A DNA stretch of 64,000 nucleotides, from the NCBI GenBank assembly GCA_043228905.1, contig JBHGNT010000010.1, positions 1,488,001 to 1,552,000 of the forward strand, given 5' to 3'. A program made the translations under genes and the position numbers. The notes below the pieces were generated by a model, which saw only the letters and a program-made list of their open reading frames with translations, had not been told where the DNA came from and made no database searches. Source of the DNA: Azolla caroliniana (lineage: Eukaryota; Plantae; Polypodiophyta). How positions within the stretch are numbered: the stretch's first letter is position 1; each line of letters opens with the position of its first letter. Positions 32,787 to 45,520 of the stretch are shown piece after piece.

Positions 32787-32858
32787 GGGTGTATAGCTCA
32801 GTGGTAGAGCAATCGGCTGCAGTCCGATAGGTCATCAGTTCAATCCTGGTTGCGCCCT
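32787..32858 (+). tRNA. tRNA-Cys: tRNA-Cys (GCA)
   Basis: Full cloverleaf: acceptor GGGTGTA/TGCGCCC, D stem GCTC/GAGC, anticodon stem ATCGG/CCGAT with loop CTGCAGT, T arm ATCAG-TTCAATC-CTGGT, U discriminator. A T-run Pol III terminator follows. Confidence 0.93.
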
Positions 32859-35384
32859 TTTCTTATCTTCACATTTTTCATTTCCTTAAAGTAAATAACG
32901 CAAAAGCTTTCAATCATTTTCTTCATGTAGAGACAAATGGGCCCTTTACATTGGGTTGTGGAAACTGAATCTACCAAGCCGGGTCACATTTTTTATGAAC
33001 GAAATGCTATCATGCATTATCTCAAACAAAAGCAGTTGTATCACATGACATACGAGAACTTTTACTCAAGACAACACGTATATTTATATTGAATAATTCG
33101 CATAAGATAAAGCTTGTGAGCCTATGAGAGATCATTAGCTGGATCGAACTAATAACTAGTCGTGACATCTAAAGTATCCTTTGTGATGTAGGGGGTCCAC
33201 ATGTGTTTTGTAACTTTTTTTTTCATTAAATTAATCTACAACTCAATGGGTCAATTTAATTTATTGCTTATAAAGTACGTTTATTCAGTGAGTAAAATCT
33301 TCGAAAGTCAAGTATACAAAAGGTTGAGCTTTGTGTTGTCCAGGTCATGGGTTCAAGTCCCCCCTAAAGAACCATGACTTCTCATGCAAGCCTCTCATCC
33401 ATACATGTGAAAGGGAGCATCTGTAGTCGAATGGGAAAATGTCAATGTTTGGTAGTATATACAAACCAATGTCAATGTTGGGTAGTATATACAAACTATA
33501 TGGCACGATATGATTGTTATTATTCGATGTCAGGAAAATGTCGAGAACTTTACCCCTTACATTGACAGTAATATCAATCAAATTTTATGCGTATTAAAAA
33601 AAGTTGACATAATATCAAGATTTATCAAAATTTACCCCCCATCATTTTCAAAACACTCAAGTCTCTCTCACCACCACCATTGTGTTCCTCTTCACTCATA
33701 CATCATGCTTATGTGATATGATTTTACGAGACAATGAGAATTGTCCTTTGTATTTAAAGAAGGAAAGAAGATTGAGTGTGATGAGTTTAGAGAGAGATGA
33801 GTAATGAAGGTGTACTTATATGAAGTCTAGACTAATTATGATTTGGTCTCACTAAAATGTATTGCCTTCATTGCCTTTTCTTATCATAGGGTGTAATTGA
33901 TACTTTCAATATTATCAAGGTTTTTGAACCTATATTACACTCCACCTTAAGGTAGTGTTTTTCGTTTTCTCTTTAAATATATAAAGTGAAAGCGTGACAC
34001 CCAATATGATAATGTCACAACTTGGCACTCCCCAATGACTCAAAACCTACCTTGCACCAACCTTGTTATATTAAAAAATGCAATGTAATGCCTATTGAAG
34101 TCAATTGTTATCTTCAATCTATTGTCTCGTTTATCACTTCAAATACACTATAATGAAAAATAAATACTATCATCGGTGTCATCCATACATTTATGTTAAA
34201 AAACTTTTTATGTTTATTTTAGCTTAATAAAATTTTAGGTCATGAAACTAAAATTGCTTTTCAAAAGAGGCAATATTCCTAGCGTACATTTTTAACTAGG
34301 AAGTAATGTCACAATAATCGTTACATTTTGTCAACAAAGGAGCAAAGTCATGAGACCCTCAATGTATATGTACCAAAGACACATGAAAACTTAAAATGGG
34401 ATCTTCCTTCACACAAATTGATAAAATGTGACGTTTTTTTCTCAAAAAGTGTACTCACACATCCCTTGTGTCAACAACCAATCCAATTAGAACTTTGATT
34501 AACTTTGAAGTAACAAATTAAAGGGTCTTGTACTGAGGTACTTCACTTTACGAAAAACATAAGCAATACCCTAGATTAAGTAAATGTACTATCCATTATA
34601 CCCAAGTAAATAAAAGTGTGTAATGAGTATAAGTAATATTGTCCAATAACGTTTATTTGTACCCTAAAAATACAAAGCCTAACTATTTACATTTAGTAAA
34701 TCTTGATTACCCTTTTTTTATTTGGTATCAACAATTGGAGAATGTTTGTAGCTAGCTACAAGCGTCTCTAAAACCAAATCATTTTGATTCTAGTGTAGTA
34801 TGTGAGTCTAGTGATTGGTACAACACGAAATGTCACAATGTCTCATGTATTATGATGCACCCTTGAAAATGATGAGAGAACATTGATCACACTCATGACT
34901 ACCTCATCCCTCTAATGCGAACAAACCTCTTATCAATGTTGCATTGTTAAGTAATTTCCTTGTGTTCTTTTGGAACCATGAAAATCTAAGTCCAATATTG
35001 TTTTACCCTAAAGTTTAGCAACCTGATGAAGTGTTACTTGACACATGTCTTGATCCCAATGAAAATCTAACTCTGATATTTTTTGGCCCTAATATTGTGT
35101 TGTATATCATGAGAAGATACTGAAGATATTAGTTGTGTACTATATTTCCACAAAAGAGAGCATGTTTGTATGTGAGCTACAAGTAGGCAAAGTAGGAGGA
35201 ACCCAAGCAAAGATCAATCAAAAGAAGGCCAATTTCATCCAAGAAAAGTCCAAATAATTAGTAGCCCAAGTGTTGTGTGTGAATATTAAGTAGGGCATGA
35301 AGGATCAAATGTGAAATTTAAGTAAGCAAGCAAAGCAGGATTGAATGCAAATCAATGAGGAGCCAAAAATAGGATGGTATCCAA

Positions 35385-35925
35385 GTAAAGGACAATCCAT
35401 CTAGCAGTCTCGTGTGTGGACAGTTAGTGGGCCAAGTAGGCTCGAGCCCATGAAGGGCCAAAATATGAGAGGCCAAAGCAAGGACCCATGTCCAACCAAA
35501 GGTCAATTCATCTATAGGTGAAGCAGTGCAGTGCATGGACAGTTAGTGGGCCAAGTAGGCTCGAGCCCATGAAGGGCCAACAGATGAGACGCCAAAGCAA
35601 CGACCCATGTCCAACCAAACGACAATCCATCTTATAGATGAAGCAGTGTCATGCGTGGACAGTTAGTGGGCCAGGTAGGCTCGAGCCCATGAAGGACCAA
35701 CAGATGAGACACCCAAGCAACGACCCATGTCCAACCAAAGGTCAATCCATCTCTAGGTTAAGCAGTGTGATGTGTGGATAGTTAGGGGGGCCAAGTAGGA
35801 TCGAGCCCATGAAGGGCCAACAGATGAGACGCCAAAGCAAGGACCCATGTCCAACCAAAGGTCAATCCGTCTACAGGTTAAGTAGTGTCGTGTGTGGACA
35901 ATTAGTGGGGGCAAGTAGCCTCGAG
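35385..35925. repeat. Tandem repeat, ~120-bp unit, ~4.5 copies
   Basis: GGACAGTTAGTGGGCCAAGTAGGCTCGAGCCCATGAAGGGCCAA recurs at ~35418, 35537, 35657, 35776 and 35896. Confidence 0.9.
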
Positions 35926-36436
35926 TCTCATCCGTGTGCGTGTACATGGCACATACCTATGGTAAGTTACCGGAAGGAGACAAGATCAGAAAGCAAATTA
36001 GAGAAAGTGGTATAAGCCTAGAAATGTAATTTGTGCAAATTAGGGAGCCTAAATTTCTAACATAACAAAAACATAATACAAATAAACAAAGAGAGTCTTT
36101 TTTCTGTTTGGGGGGGAGGGGGGAGGGGGGCATGATTCCTCTGCATATGCCCTAGTCTTCTGTAGAGATTCGGGAAGAGATCTCATCATATTCCAGAAGA
36201 AGCCCAAGAAACAGAGCAACCAGTTGCATCGGCCCGGCGTGAAGAGCCGCAGGCCTTTGATGGATCCCTTCTCCCATCAGATAGAAGTATATACAATGCC
36301 GCTGCCCTCTCCATCATCGTAGGTACTGTTAAAGCTCGGTATCGCCTGCCCTGTTAGCTTACATTCGAAGTTCAATTTGTCTTAGAAGAAGGCTTGGAAG
36401 CACAGTGGCGAGGTGCGAAGGAGTGGCAGGCCTTCC

Positions 36437-37649
36437 ATGGGTCTCTTCTCCAATCAGATCGAGGCCGCCTCCCTTGTGGCGGGAGATCACATTTACTCCT
36501 ACAGGAGGTCCTGGGCCTACCTCTACGCCCATCACGGTGAAAGAAAATTCCCCGTTTTTCATTTCTATTTCCAATTATAAATTTAGGTATAATTTGATTT
36601 TGACTTTGATTTTTTATTTTTTATTTTTTATTTTTTATTTTGATTTCGATTTTGATTTCGATTTCGATTTCGATTTTGATTTTGATGCTGATCTTGTTCT
36701 GGACTTTGATTTAGATTTGAATTTCAAATTTTTTTACGTTTGAATCTGATCTGGATCTTGTCTTTGGTTTTGGTTTTCAATTAATCTCTATAATTAGTTA
36801 GTTAGATCTGCTGCAGGGGTGTACATCGAGGAAGATCGAGTGATACACTTCATGGGCGACCCCACGGTGATGATCATGGTGAGCGGGAATGCGACCATCT
36901 CGCCTACCTGCCAAGGCTGCGGCTTCGATGGCATGCTCACAGGGGTCGTCTCCTCGTGCTTGAAGTGCTTCTTGAAAGGCGGGAAGCTCCGGAGGTTCGG
37001 CTATGGAGTCAGCCTGGCGGAGCGCATGGCGGCGGTGCGTGCCGGGTGTTGCTCCATGACACCCACGGATGAGCCGGGCCTCGTCCGTTCGCGTGCCCTC
37101 CACTTCCTCGCCCGCAAAACCTTCGGCCCGTACCACGTCCTGCACAACAATTGCCTCCACTTCGCCTTCTACTGCAAGACGGGCCTCATCGATGCATGCA
37201 AGGCAAGGAACTATCCGCGTGCCTCCACCCTGACCATAGTAAGGCACCCATTGCCTGTCTCCCAAGTCGAGCACGCCATTGCTGCGACCGTGGCACACCG
37301 GTCCAACCTCGCCCTAGTCCTGCTAAGCTCTACATTGCGCCTTGCCGTGTGCTGCTTCGTGGACCCTGGCGATGATCATGACTTAAGCAGCAATTACACC
37401 ATGGAGGCCGGGGGAGATGGTTCTAATGGAAGTGTCACAACCCTAGGACAGACCAACTTGAAGGTGTCGCGGGATAACCTCGTGCCTCTCGAAGAAGAGG
37501 GTGTCGGAGGAGGAGCAACAGTCCTAGTAGCCACAAAGCTGCACTTGGAAGCTCCTACTTCATCAGCACCTCACCCGCTTCCTCCAAACTTCATTGCTTT
37601 CCTTTCTAACCTCATTTACTACAACACCTCTCACCTTCACCAAGCTTGA
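36437..37649 (+). CDS. NC-domain / LRAT-like (permuted NlpC/P60) protein
   Basis: Exon 1 is 36437-36536 (MGLFSNQIEAASLVAGDHIYSYRRSWAYLYAHHG), then a GT-AG intron 36537-36816, then exon 2 from 36817 (VYIEEDRVIHF...GVVSSCLKCFL...YHVLHNNCLHFAFYCKTGL). The His/His/NC catalytic residues are present. The 3' end could be spliced differently. Confidence 0.87.
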
Positions 37650-40639
37650 TCGCGTCCAGATGCTCCATATGTTGTGCGTTTGGCAAGTACGTCATGTCAC
37701 CTTACACACCATTCTAACAAGTTTGTACATATCGACTCTTCCTATTGTCTCCACGGGGCCCACCAAATCATCATTTATCCCCACAAATAATCATCATTTA
37801 TCCCCCACAAATCATCTCCTTGACCCATCAATACCTTTTGGTCATGGTCATTTTTTCATTCACAATTTTTTTCATTCAACAATTCAGTGATATGCTTGCA
37901 GGTAATCCCAAGCATAGACCATATAACACACCCCACACCCAGTAATTCCCTATAACAAACCAATTTCTGGGTGGATACCTCCAAATACCAGTTCAGTCTA
38001 TACGCTCACTCTTGCCAACATGAGGACATTTTCTGGAAATACCATTCATAAAATTAAACAGATCAAATGCTCATTACTTGTTATATATCTGATGCATACA
38101 TATGATACCAAACATAACAATGAGCATACATTCGTCTTACATGTAGAGCGCACGACAATGATGTGATTATGTGATTACAAGACAGCAAATGTAAACAAAA
38201 AATAATCTAAATTTTTATGTTGTACAGATACATAGTTAATCTTCAGACATGTTGGTAGCCCGATTCTTTATTTCCAGTGCTGCAAATCCAATCTCCAAGT
38301 AAATAAGCACCAATTAAGCCATTATTTCGTGAATGATTATGGATATATATTGGAGGCCCATAATTTTGAAAGAACATTTGGGGCATTCATGATTCATATA
38401 TTAACAGCCCTATATTCTGAAAAGAGTAAATAACGAGACATGTTTAGACAACATAAGGCCCCAATCCATTTCGATAGTCTCACTTGTCATAAAGACAAAA
38501 GACACTGGCATCTACAACTCTCATCTCTCCTATCCATAATCCAATACACTTGTCAAACCAAGCATAATTGTCCATGCAAATGCCTCGAACTTGATTATGC
38601 CACATCCCACATTGGTAAGTAATTGTCATTAATGCCATCAACTTTCTACTTATTAACTATGTAATCCTAGAAAGCTGGGGGATCTTTGATGCTCTAAGCT
38701 TTCTAATCATCAACTCTATGGCTTGGTTGAGATGATATATTGAGGATGAAAAACATATCAAGCCTCCTTACATCCGCTTGTAGAAAACCTCAGTGTTCAA
38801 ACTAAAGCCACCAAAATCAAGACTGGAATCCTATATCATAATGGATCTACTATAGTCGCACCTATATCATAGCATTTCCAGTGATAGCTCACAGATCTAA
38901 GTCTTTTGTAATGGCTTTCTGTTTCAGTGTATAACAGATGGAAGCTACCATGTATTCCCATGAACAAATTGTTGAATAAAAACTTCATAAATTTCCTACA
39001 GACATCATACACCATTCTGATACGGTGCAACCAAAATGTCAAGTTTGTCCTATACCAACACAATGCATGAGAAACAAATAAACAAATGAAGTAGATAACG
39101 AAAGTTTCCTCAAATTATAAATCATGTGAAATGTGTGCACCCTATCACGACAGGCGCATATATTGTGCTTATTTATGGCTTTTAAATCATTACAGATGTT
39201 TGTAGCGTTGCAGATAAGACTTTACAAGCTTATTATCGACATATGTATACCTCAACATCTTCACATCACTTGATGTACAATGCTCTTTTGGATACCCAAG
39301 AAAACCATCTACATAAAAACTGATAAGTAGTGTCCTCTAGAATAGAATATTTCCGTCCAACAGTTATAACTTATAACTATCCATATTAACTATTGCCATT
39401 GAAATGACACTACCTTGAAAGTGCTTCTTACTGTTATAACAGAACTATTGCCAGTTAAAATGTGTGAGTGTTGATTACCATTTGCAAAACATTCATCAAC
39501 CCAAGCGATACCAAAAATGGGGGTCAGGGCAGTTGTTGCATGATTCTTCACATCTCTAAGGCAATTTAATTATCTTCAAATTTAATCAGCTAGCAAGTTG
39601 TTCATTAAAGAACCAATCAAACGTGTTGGCTGAGGACTAAAGTGAAGCAACCAGCTTTCAAAAAGAAAAAATCATTATTTTGTTGCTTTTCATGTGAGTA
39701 TCTTTGGAGTAATATTTCCTTGCACTAGCTCAAGACACATATCAATATCATACTATATGCACGCACTCAAGACTCCCCCAGGATAAGAAGAAACAGATGG
39801 TGTTCACGATGCAAAAATACGAAACCATCACTATAAGAGCTAGCAGATGTTATCAAAAATGGGAATGTTCAAATTCATGCTTCTAAAAAAAACCACATGA
39901 CCTATGTGTTCTCTACAGTATGAAGCTAATCACATGATGAAACAAGTAGATCCTTCAAATCCATGCTGATAACATAGATTGATTTATTTGAATCAATGGA
40001 GCGGGTTCCTGGCATGATTAACTTCTTCCCACTCTAACCTAAACATAGGTCTTCTATATTTCCCTATTTGCAAGCATCTCAACTGTGGCTTGTATAATTG
40101 CCACTGTCTTCTCCCATGGATTAACGTATTTGTCTGCTTCTATATCAACTGTCAATTCCGATTCAGACAATCACTATCCCATCCAATGCTTCTCATCATA
40201 AATGGGAACACTCTGTGGTATAGGATTCTTTATATAAATACCCTCGATGAGAAAATTTTCGTGCAACTAAAACAAAATCAGCATTTCAAATCTTATTAAA
40301 AACAAGATGGAATACTTCTTCCTGATAGTATGATAGTATCCATTTAAAGAGCTTACATATCCTAGTGATAAGCCATTTGTTTCTTGAAGTGTGGACCTGG
40401 GTTCAAATCCTGCAAATGCGCCCTCTCTCTCTCTCTCTCTCTCAAGAAGATAATTGGAATACAGCAATCTAAGATATCTTCTGGCAATCCAACATAGCTT
40501 TTTGTCTATTACAATTTACATCATCAATGAAAGCTTGTGATATGCCCCTTTGTCTATAACATCCATTACAATTAAGTAATAATGAATATGTGGACAGAAA
40601 AATACAGTATTGTAAACAATAGTGGGGGTAGAAACCTAA

Positions 40640-41263
40640 TCAAACCTTGTTAAAAACACTAGATTGTGGTGGTTGGACACTTACACGATAGTTGGTGCCA
40701 TCACTAGAGACATTCGTTTGTTCTTCGAGGAAAAGATCATTTGGATTTCTGAAACAAGCATGAGCAAAAACAAGGGCAAATGCCATGGCAAATCCCATGA
40801 AGATAGTACTTCCTGTGCTAGTGAAGAAGACCACAATGAAAGTGACCAAACCAAGGAAGAAAAGGATCTCCCTTTCGGTACATAACCTGTTGAAGATGAC
40901 AAGCGGTTCCGATCGCGAGAAGTAAAGGAAAATCCAAGCAAAGAGTAAGGCAATGAGTATAAGGAAAACTCCAGGGTGCCATATCAGACCAAAGATGAGA
41001 ACGAGTGATGTGAGAACAGCGTAGTTGACTCTGAAGTAACCAAGGTTCTTCTGTATGCGGATGGATGCATCCGAAACCGAATCTGGTGTGTTGAAACAGG
41101 TTCGATCTAAAGCTTCGGACCATGGCCTTTGGCGGGAGAGCACGGATTTACCATACTCCGATACAGAAACGAGAAACGCCATGGCTGAGGAAGAGTAAGA
41201 AGACGATATGCTACCTGAAGGGGAGGAAGATGAGGCGATGGGGAGAGTTTCTTTACTCGCCAT
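40640..41263 (-). CDS. PRA1: Prenylated Rab acceptor 1 family protein (PRA1.B-like)
   Basis: Single exon with RPWSEALD, RIQKNLGYFRVNY, WHP, W.FLYF.R.EPLVIFNR and HACFRNPNDLFLEEQ, plus two long hydrophobic segments. First ATG at 41263. Confidence 0.93.
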   Translation of the reverse strand: MASKETLPIASSSSPSGSISSSYSSSAMAFLVSVSEYGKSVLSRQRPWSEALDRTCFNTPDSVSDASIRIQKNLGYFRVNYAVLTSLVLIFGLIWHPGVFLILIALLFAWIFLYFSRSEPLVIFNRLCTEREILFFLGLVTFIVVFFTSTGSTIFMGFAMAFALVFAHACFRNPNDLFLEEQTNVSSDGTNYRVSVQPPQSSVFNKV

Positions 41264-41280
41264 GGGTCGCAGAGGCAATC

Positions 41281-41845
41281 CTAAGAAAAACCCAAAATGA
41301 AGGAAACCCTAACCCTAACAGTCAGGTGAAAATCAGGGCAAGGGACTCGTGAAATTGTCTCGACATAGAGCAGGCCATGGGAGGGTTATTCTTGTAAATA
41401 TGAAAAGTCTGCTGAGTTCTTCCTTATTCCTCCGCCACTGCCCCTTGGGTTTTATTTACTCACCATGAGTCACATTAAGTAACCCTAGAAAAAACCCTAA
41501 ATGAAGAAACCCTAGCCCTAATAGTCGGTGTGAAAAGCAAGGCAAGCGACTCATGAAATCGATGGACGTAGAGCAAGCCAGGGGAGGGGTATTGTTGTAA
41601 ATATGAAAACGTTGTTCAGTTCTTCCTTATTCCTCCAATGATGCCCCTCAAGTTTTACGGTCCGCTAAGTAACCCTTAAAAAAACCCTAACCCTAAGAGT
41701 CAGGTGAAAAGCAAGGCAAGCAACTCGTGAAATTGTCTCGACATAGAGCAAGCCTAGGGAGGGGTATTGTTGTAAATATGAAAAGTATGTTTAGTTCTTC
41801 ATTATTCTTCCAATGATGCCCCTCGGGTTTTACAATCCGCTCACT
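41281..41845. repeat. Threefold ~190-bp tandem duplication upstream of PRA1
   Basis: AAACCCTAA...GTGAAAA.CA.GGCAAG..ACTC.TGAAAT...TTGTAAATATGAAAA...TTCTTCCTTATTCCTCC repeated at ~41300, 41500 and 41680. Confidence 0.82.
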
Positions 41846-42269
41846 ACCATTTCCACAGCTCATATTGCATGCGAGATTGCTCTCTAGTGCATTTGCTCAA
41901 ACAATGGAAAACCTTGCACGCCTCTCTCTATAATAAGACTCCTTGACTCAAATCCTTTGGTTATTGATACTCAACTATTATCCCCTTTTCTCCTCCATGT
42001 CATTATCCCTAAGCCTCAGCTTGGGTATTTTCGGGGTCTCGTAGCACTTCCAAGGAGACTCATCGAACTACATATGCATATTTTTCGCTGAACAAGTTCA
42101 AACGTCAAAGAGTTATCACACTTCAATACAATATGTTGCGTCGGGTTTGGTCTCCACATATTGTTTATTTGATCCACTCCCTTTTAACACACTCCTTCCG
42201 ATAGTCGCAATGTGCACTCTCAATAATAGTGTTTATTAATAAAAATCTAGAATATCTGAGGTTACTACT

Positions 42270-42807
42270 TGTTAGTCAGATGACTACCAAGGTCGAAGTC
42301 GGACAGATGTGAAAGGAAGTCGGAGTCAAACAAGTATGAAAGTGTCAGAGTTGGATCGATGACTCAAAAATGAAGTAATATATATTTTGCCAAGTAGGAA
42401 AAATAATAGAGTGAGCTAGGACAATTTTGTTGTAGTCTTGCCGAACATGGCAAGTGTAAATCTTGAAGAGAGACTCTCATATCACCTATAAAAAGGGACT
42501 GAGAGCATTGTAATCCTATCGTTCTATTTTGAATTAATATAAGTTAGTAGTTAGAGTATATCTCTGTCAACGGTGTTCTTACTATTTTGTATTGTTAGCT
42601 ATGTCGACTTTGATTCTGTGTCGACTAATTAATTATATTAAGAATAATAGTCTATCACGGTTACTAAGTAAACATAATAGGGCTCTGTACAACAAGTCTG
42701 AGTATAGACTATTACCAACCATCCAATTTCCTACCACAATCATCTTGATAGAACGTTCGACCTATTGTGATTGTCGGTTACAACAGTTGGTTGTCGGCAG
42801 ATCAACA
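42270..42807. mobile_element. Solo LTR (538 bp)
   Basis: TGTT...AACA termini, perfect 5-bp TSD CTACT (42265-42269, 42808-42812), and internal CCTATAAAAAGG on plus. Confidence 0.75.
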
Positions 42808-44860
42808 CTACTCAATTCCAAGCATACTATATATAAATGTTTCGCATTCAATCCCATGCGTTATCTTTGATTTCCAAATATGTTAATAAGATGTATCTAT
42901 GTATCTCTAACTTCATTACTAACCTTCATATTGTCTCCTTAGTAGTGTTGTGGTGAATTGTTTACCGCATAGACCAAGGTTCATTGTCATAAATGTGATA
43001 GGAAATTGTGACGATGGGCACATACATTTGTACACTTTTAGTAGAAAATTTATATTTATGTTGGATTTTGTTCCCTTTATAAATGTTGCTAAACTCAAAA
43101 ACTAAAAATCCCGATGTTGACATCTTTTCCCAGAAAGTGCACCTTGCTCCATTTTGTTGCTTTCCACTCAATGGTCTAACAATTGATATTATCCTTAAGC
43201 TCATCAATGCCCATGCACCTAAAAGTATATGTTGCAAATCCCTTTGGGTTGTTCTTCGATTGGCATCGGATTGGGACCAATGGGTTGCAAAGACTCGTCA
43301 ATGCTAACATCACTTCTTATGCTTCTCGTGCTCTGATTGACCTAACACGATGAATTGTCCCTCGTTGCTATCTCTTGCTCGACTAGTGTCACATTCAGAT
43401 ACATAAATATGTTGTGTATCTCCCACCCAACGGTATGTTCCACAAGGACTAAGACAATAAAAACCTAAGTTCCAAAAGAGTGATCAATCAAGTTTCCTTT
43501 TGATTTATGAAAAATAGTAACCGATGAGAAAATACCCTTAATGCTAAGAAAGCTTTTGCAAAAACATCATATATATTTGTTTGAACAATAAGTCCAAAAT
43601 TCACGCAATGTTTTGGTATTGGCAAGAGTATACCAAAGATCGTATCTGTTGCATATCTCGCTTGGTAACAAATGCATCTTGCAATTTTAAATAGCTTTAT
43701 GTGAATTTGTTTGTTTTGTTTCTTGGATTGAGGTTGAATAAATTTCAAGTCAAAGGGCAGCCTCCTTTCCATACAAATGAAATGGTTGCATGTGAGATAT
43801 TGGGTGAATGTGGGGAGACAAGGGAACATTGTGTCATTAATGTTTGGTGTTGCATGAGCATGCAAAACACTAGAACATTCATTTGAAATAACACAACATG
43901 TGCACGTTGAAAATACTCGAGTACTAAACGAATTTATTTCATTTCTAATAATCTAAGAATGTAGTGGTTCCATACACGTTATCGTGTTGAACATAAGATC
44001 ATGTTGCCAAAATCAAACTCCACAATCGATATCATGTCAACAATGTTGATGCTTAAATAACTCCACTCTTTTTAACCAAAGAGGAACTCCTAGTTAGATG
44101 ACTATTATGAGTAGTGTAACTTATGACATGTTGTTGTGACGTTGAGCTTCACATGTGTTTCAATGTTTCTTTGAAATAAACCCCTCTTCAACGAGAAAGG
44201 AACATTGCTCTCCATTTATACCTTTCATTGGTGATACAACTATTACAGTATGTCTCACTAACAAACATTGGAATTCTATGGTTGAAATTGATCCCACTCC
44301 TAATCTCAATGAAGTGATTATTTTAATATAAAAAGGAGTCAACTGAAATTATTATCGTATATAAAAATGTCACAAATGCAATAATGTGATGGGTAAGGAC
44401 TCCCACGTTAAACTCAAGAATCATGTCCTATTCTTGCTATTTCACCTGTCTTTTATTAGTAGCCAACTTGATAGAATTTATCCAATCTACTTCATCACGT
44501 GTTCTTAAGTGCCTCGCATTCAGGGTTGTATCACATGACAATTGACAAAATTGATTTCTATCTGTTGTGATAGAATATATCAATTGCCCAACGGATTGAT
44601 ATTCTACCAAAAGCAAAATATTCATAAAGCTACAAAATCAAAGTACCCAAAGTTTATATTGTCAACATGAATTCCTTGCATAAGACCAACATCAAGTCCT
44701 AGACAATATGTTAACAATTCATGCATATACTTCGTAACTCGATCGTGGGTTCTAATAGTTCACGACAAGTCAGTCAAACACAACGTACAAAAAATGAAGA
44801 GCTTTACTAGATACGCATCCTCCAAATATCTCATGAATGATCACACAACATATTTTTAAT

Positions 44861-45520
44861 TAGGGATCGGCAACGGTTCAGTTTAGGCTTAGCCGGTTTG
44901 GCCTAATCCAAGCCAAACCGGCTAAGCCTAAACCGTTGAAGGGATCTCAAACCTGAACCGAACCTTTGACAAACCGGTTTGTGAACTGGCTTGGCAAACG
45001 ACTTGGAAACCTCCCTCCCTCTCTCTCTCAGATAATCCACTATATACTATATAGTATACATTGTACAAGCTCTCCCTCCCACTCTCTCTCTCACGTCTGT
45101 AGTCTTGACTCTCTCCCCTCTATGTAGTCTCTCTCTCTCTCTCTCTCTCTCCCCTTATCTGTTGTCTCCCTCCCTCCCTCCCTCCCTCTCCTTATTTGTT
45201 GTCTCCCTCCCTCTCTCCTCGTCATTGTAGTTGTCCCTCCCTCACTCTCTCTCTCTCCCATTGTCTGTTTAGTCTCCCTCATTCTCTCATTCTCTCTCTC
45301 TCTCTCTCCCTCTCTCTTTCCCCTTGTATGTTGTCTCCCTCCCTCTCTCTCCCTCTCTGTAAAGTTTCTAAATGGCTTAGACGGCTTAGAGCCGGTTTGG
45401 CGAGGCTCAAGCCAAGCCGAGCTGATCTCAAACCGTTAAGGCAAGTTCAAGCCTAAACCGAGCCGCTAAGCCGGCTAAGCCAAACGGTTTAGGCTTGAGC
45501 TGAGCCGTTGCGGATCCCTA
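44861..45520. mobile_element. hAT-type MITE with CT-rich core
   Basis: TIRs TAGGGATCGGCAACGGTTCAG / CTGAGCCGTTGCGGATCCCTA. 8-bp TSD TTTTTAAT/TTTTCAAT with one mismatch. Subterminal AACCG/AGCCG motifs. Confidence 0.82.

Noticed and set aside
33750-35300. Possible ancient copia remnant (TGGTATCA at ~34722)
   Set aside because: No LTR pair, TSD or alignable coding motif could be identified.
35385-35925. CRISPR-like appearance of regularly spaced repeats (also 26140-27365)
   Set aside because: Whole units repeat with no unique spacers, there are no cas genes, and the context is eukaryotic.
40340-40425. tRNA/SINE-like B-box (GGTTCAAATCC); a similar motif lies at ~33345-33365
   Set aside because: No cloverleaf, clear A-box or TSD could be established. 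Possibly decayed SINE heads, but unsupported.
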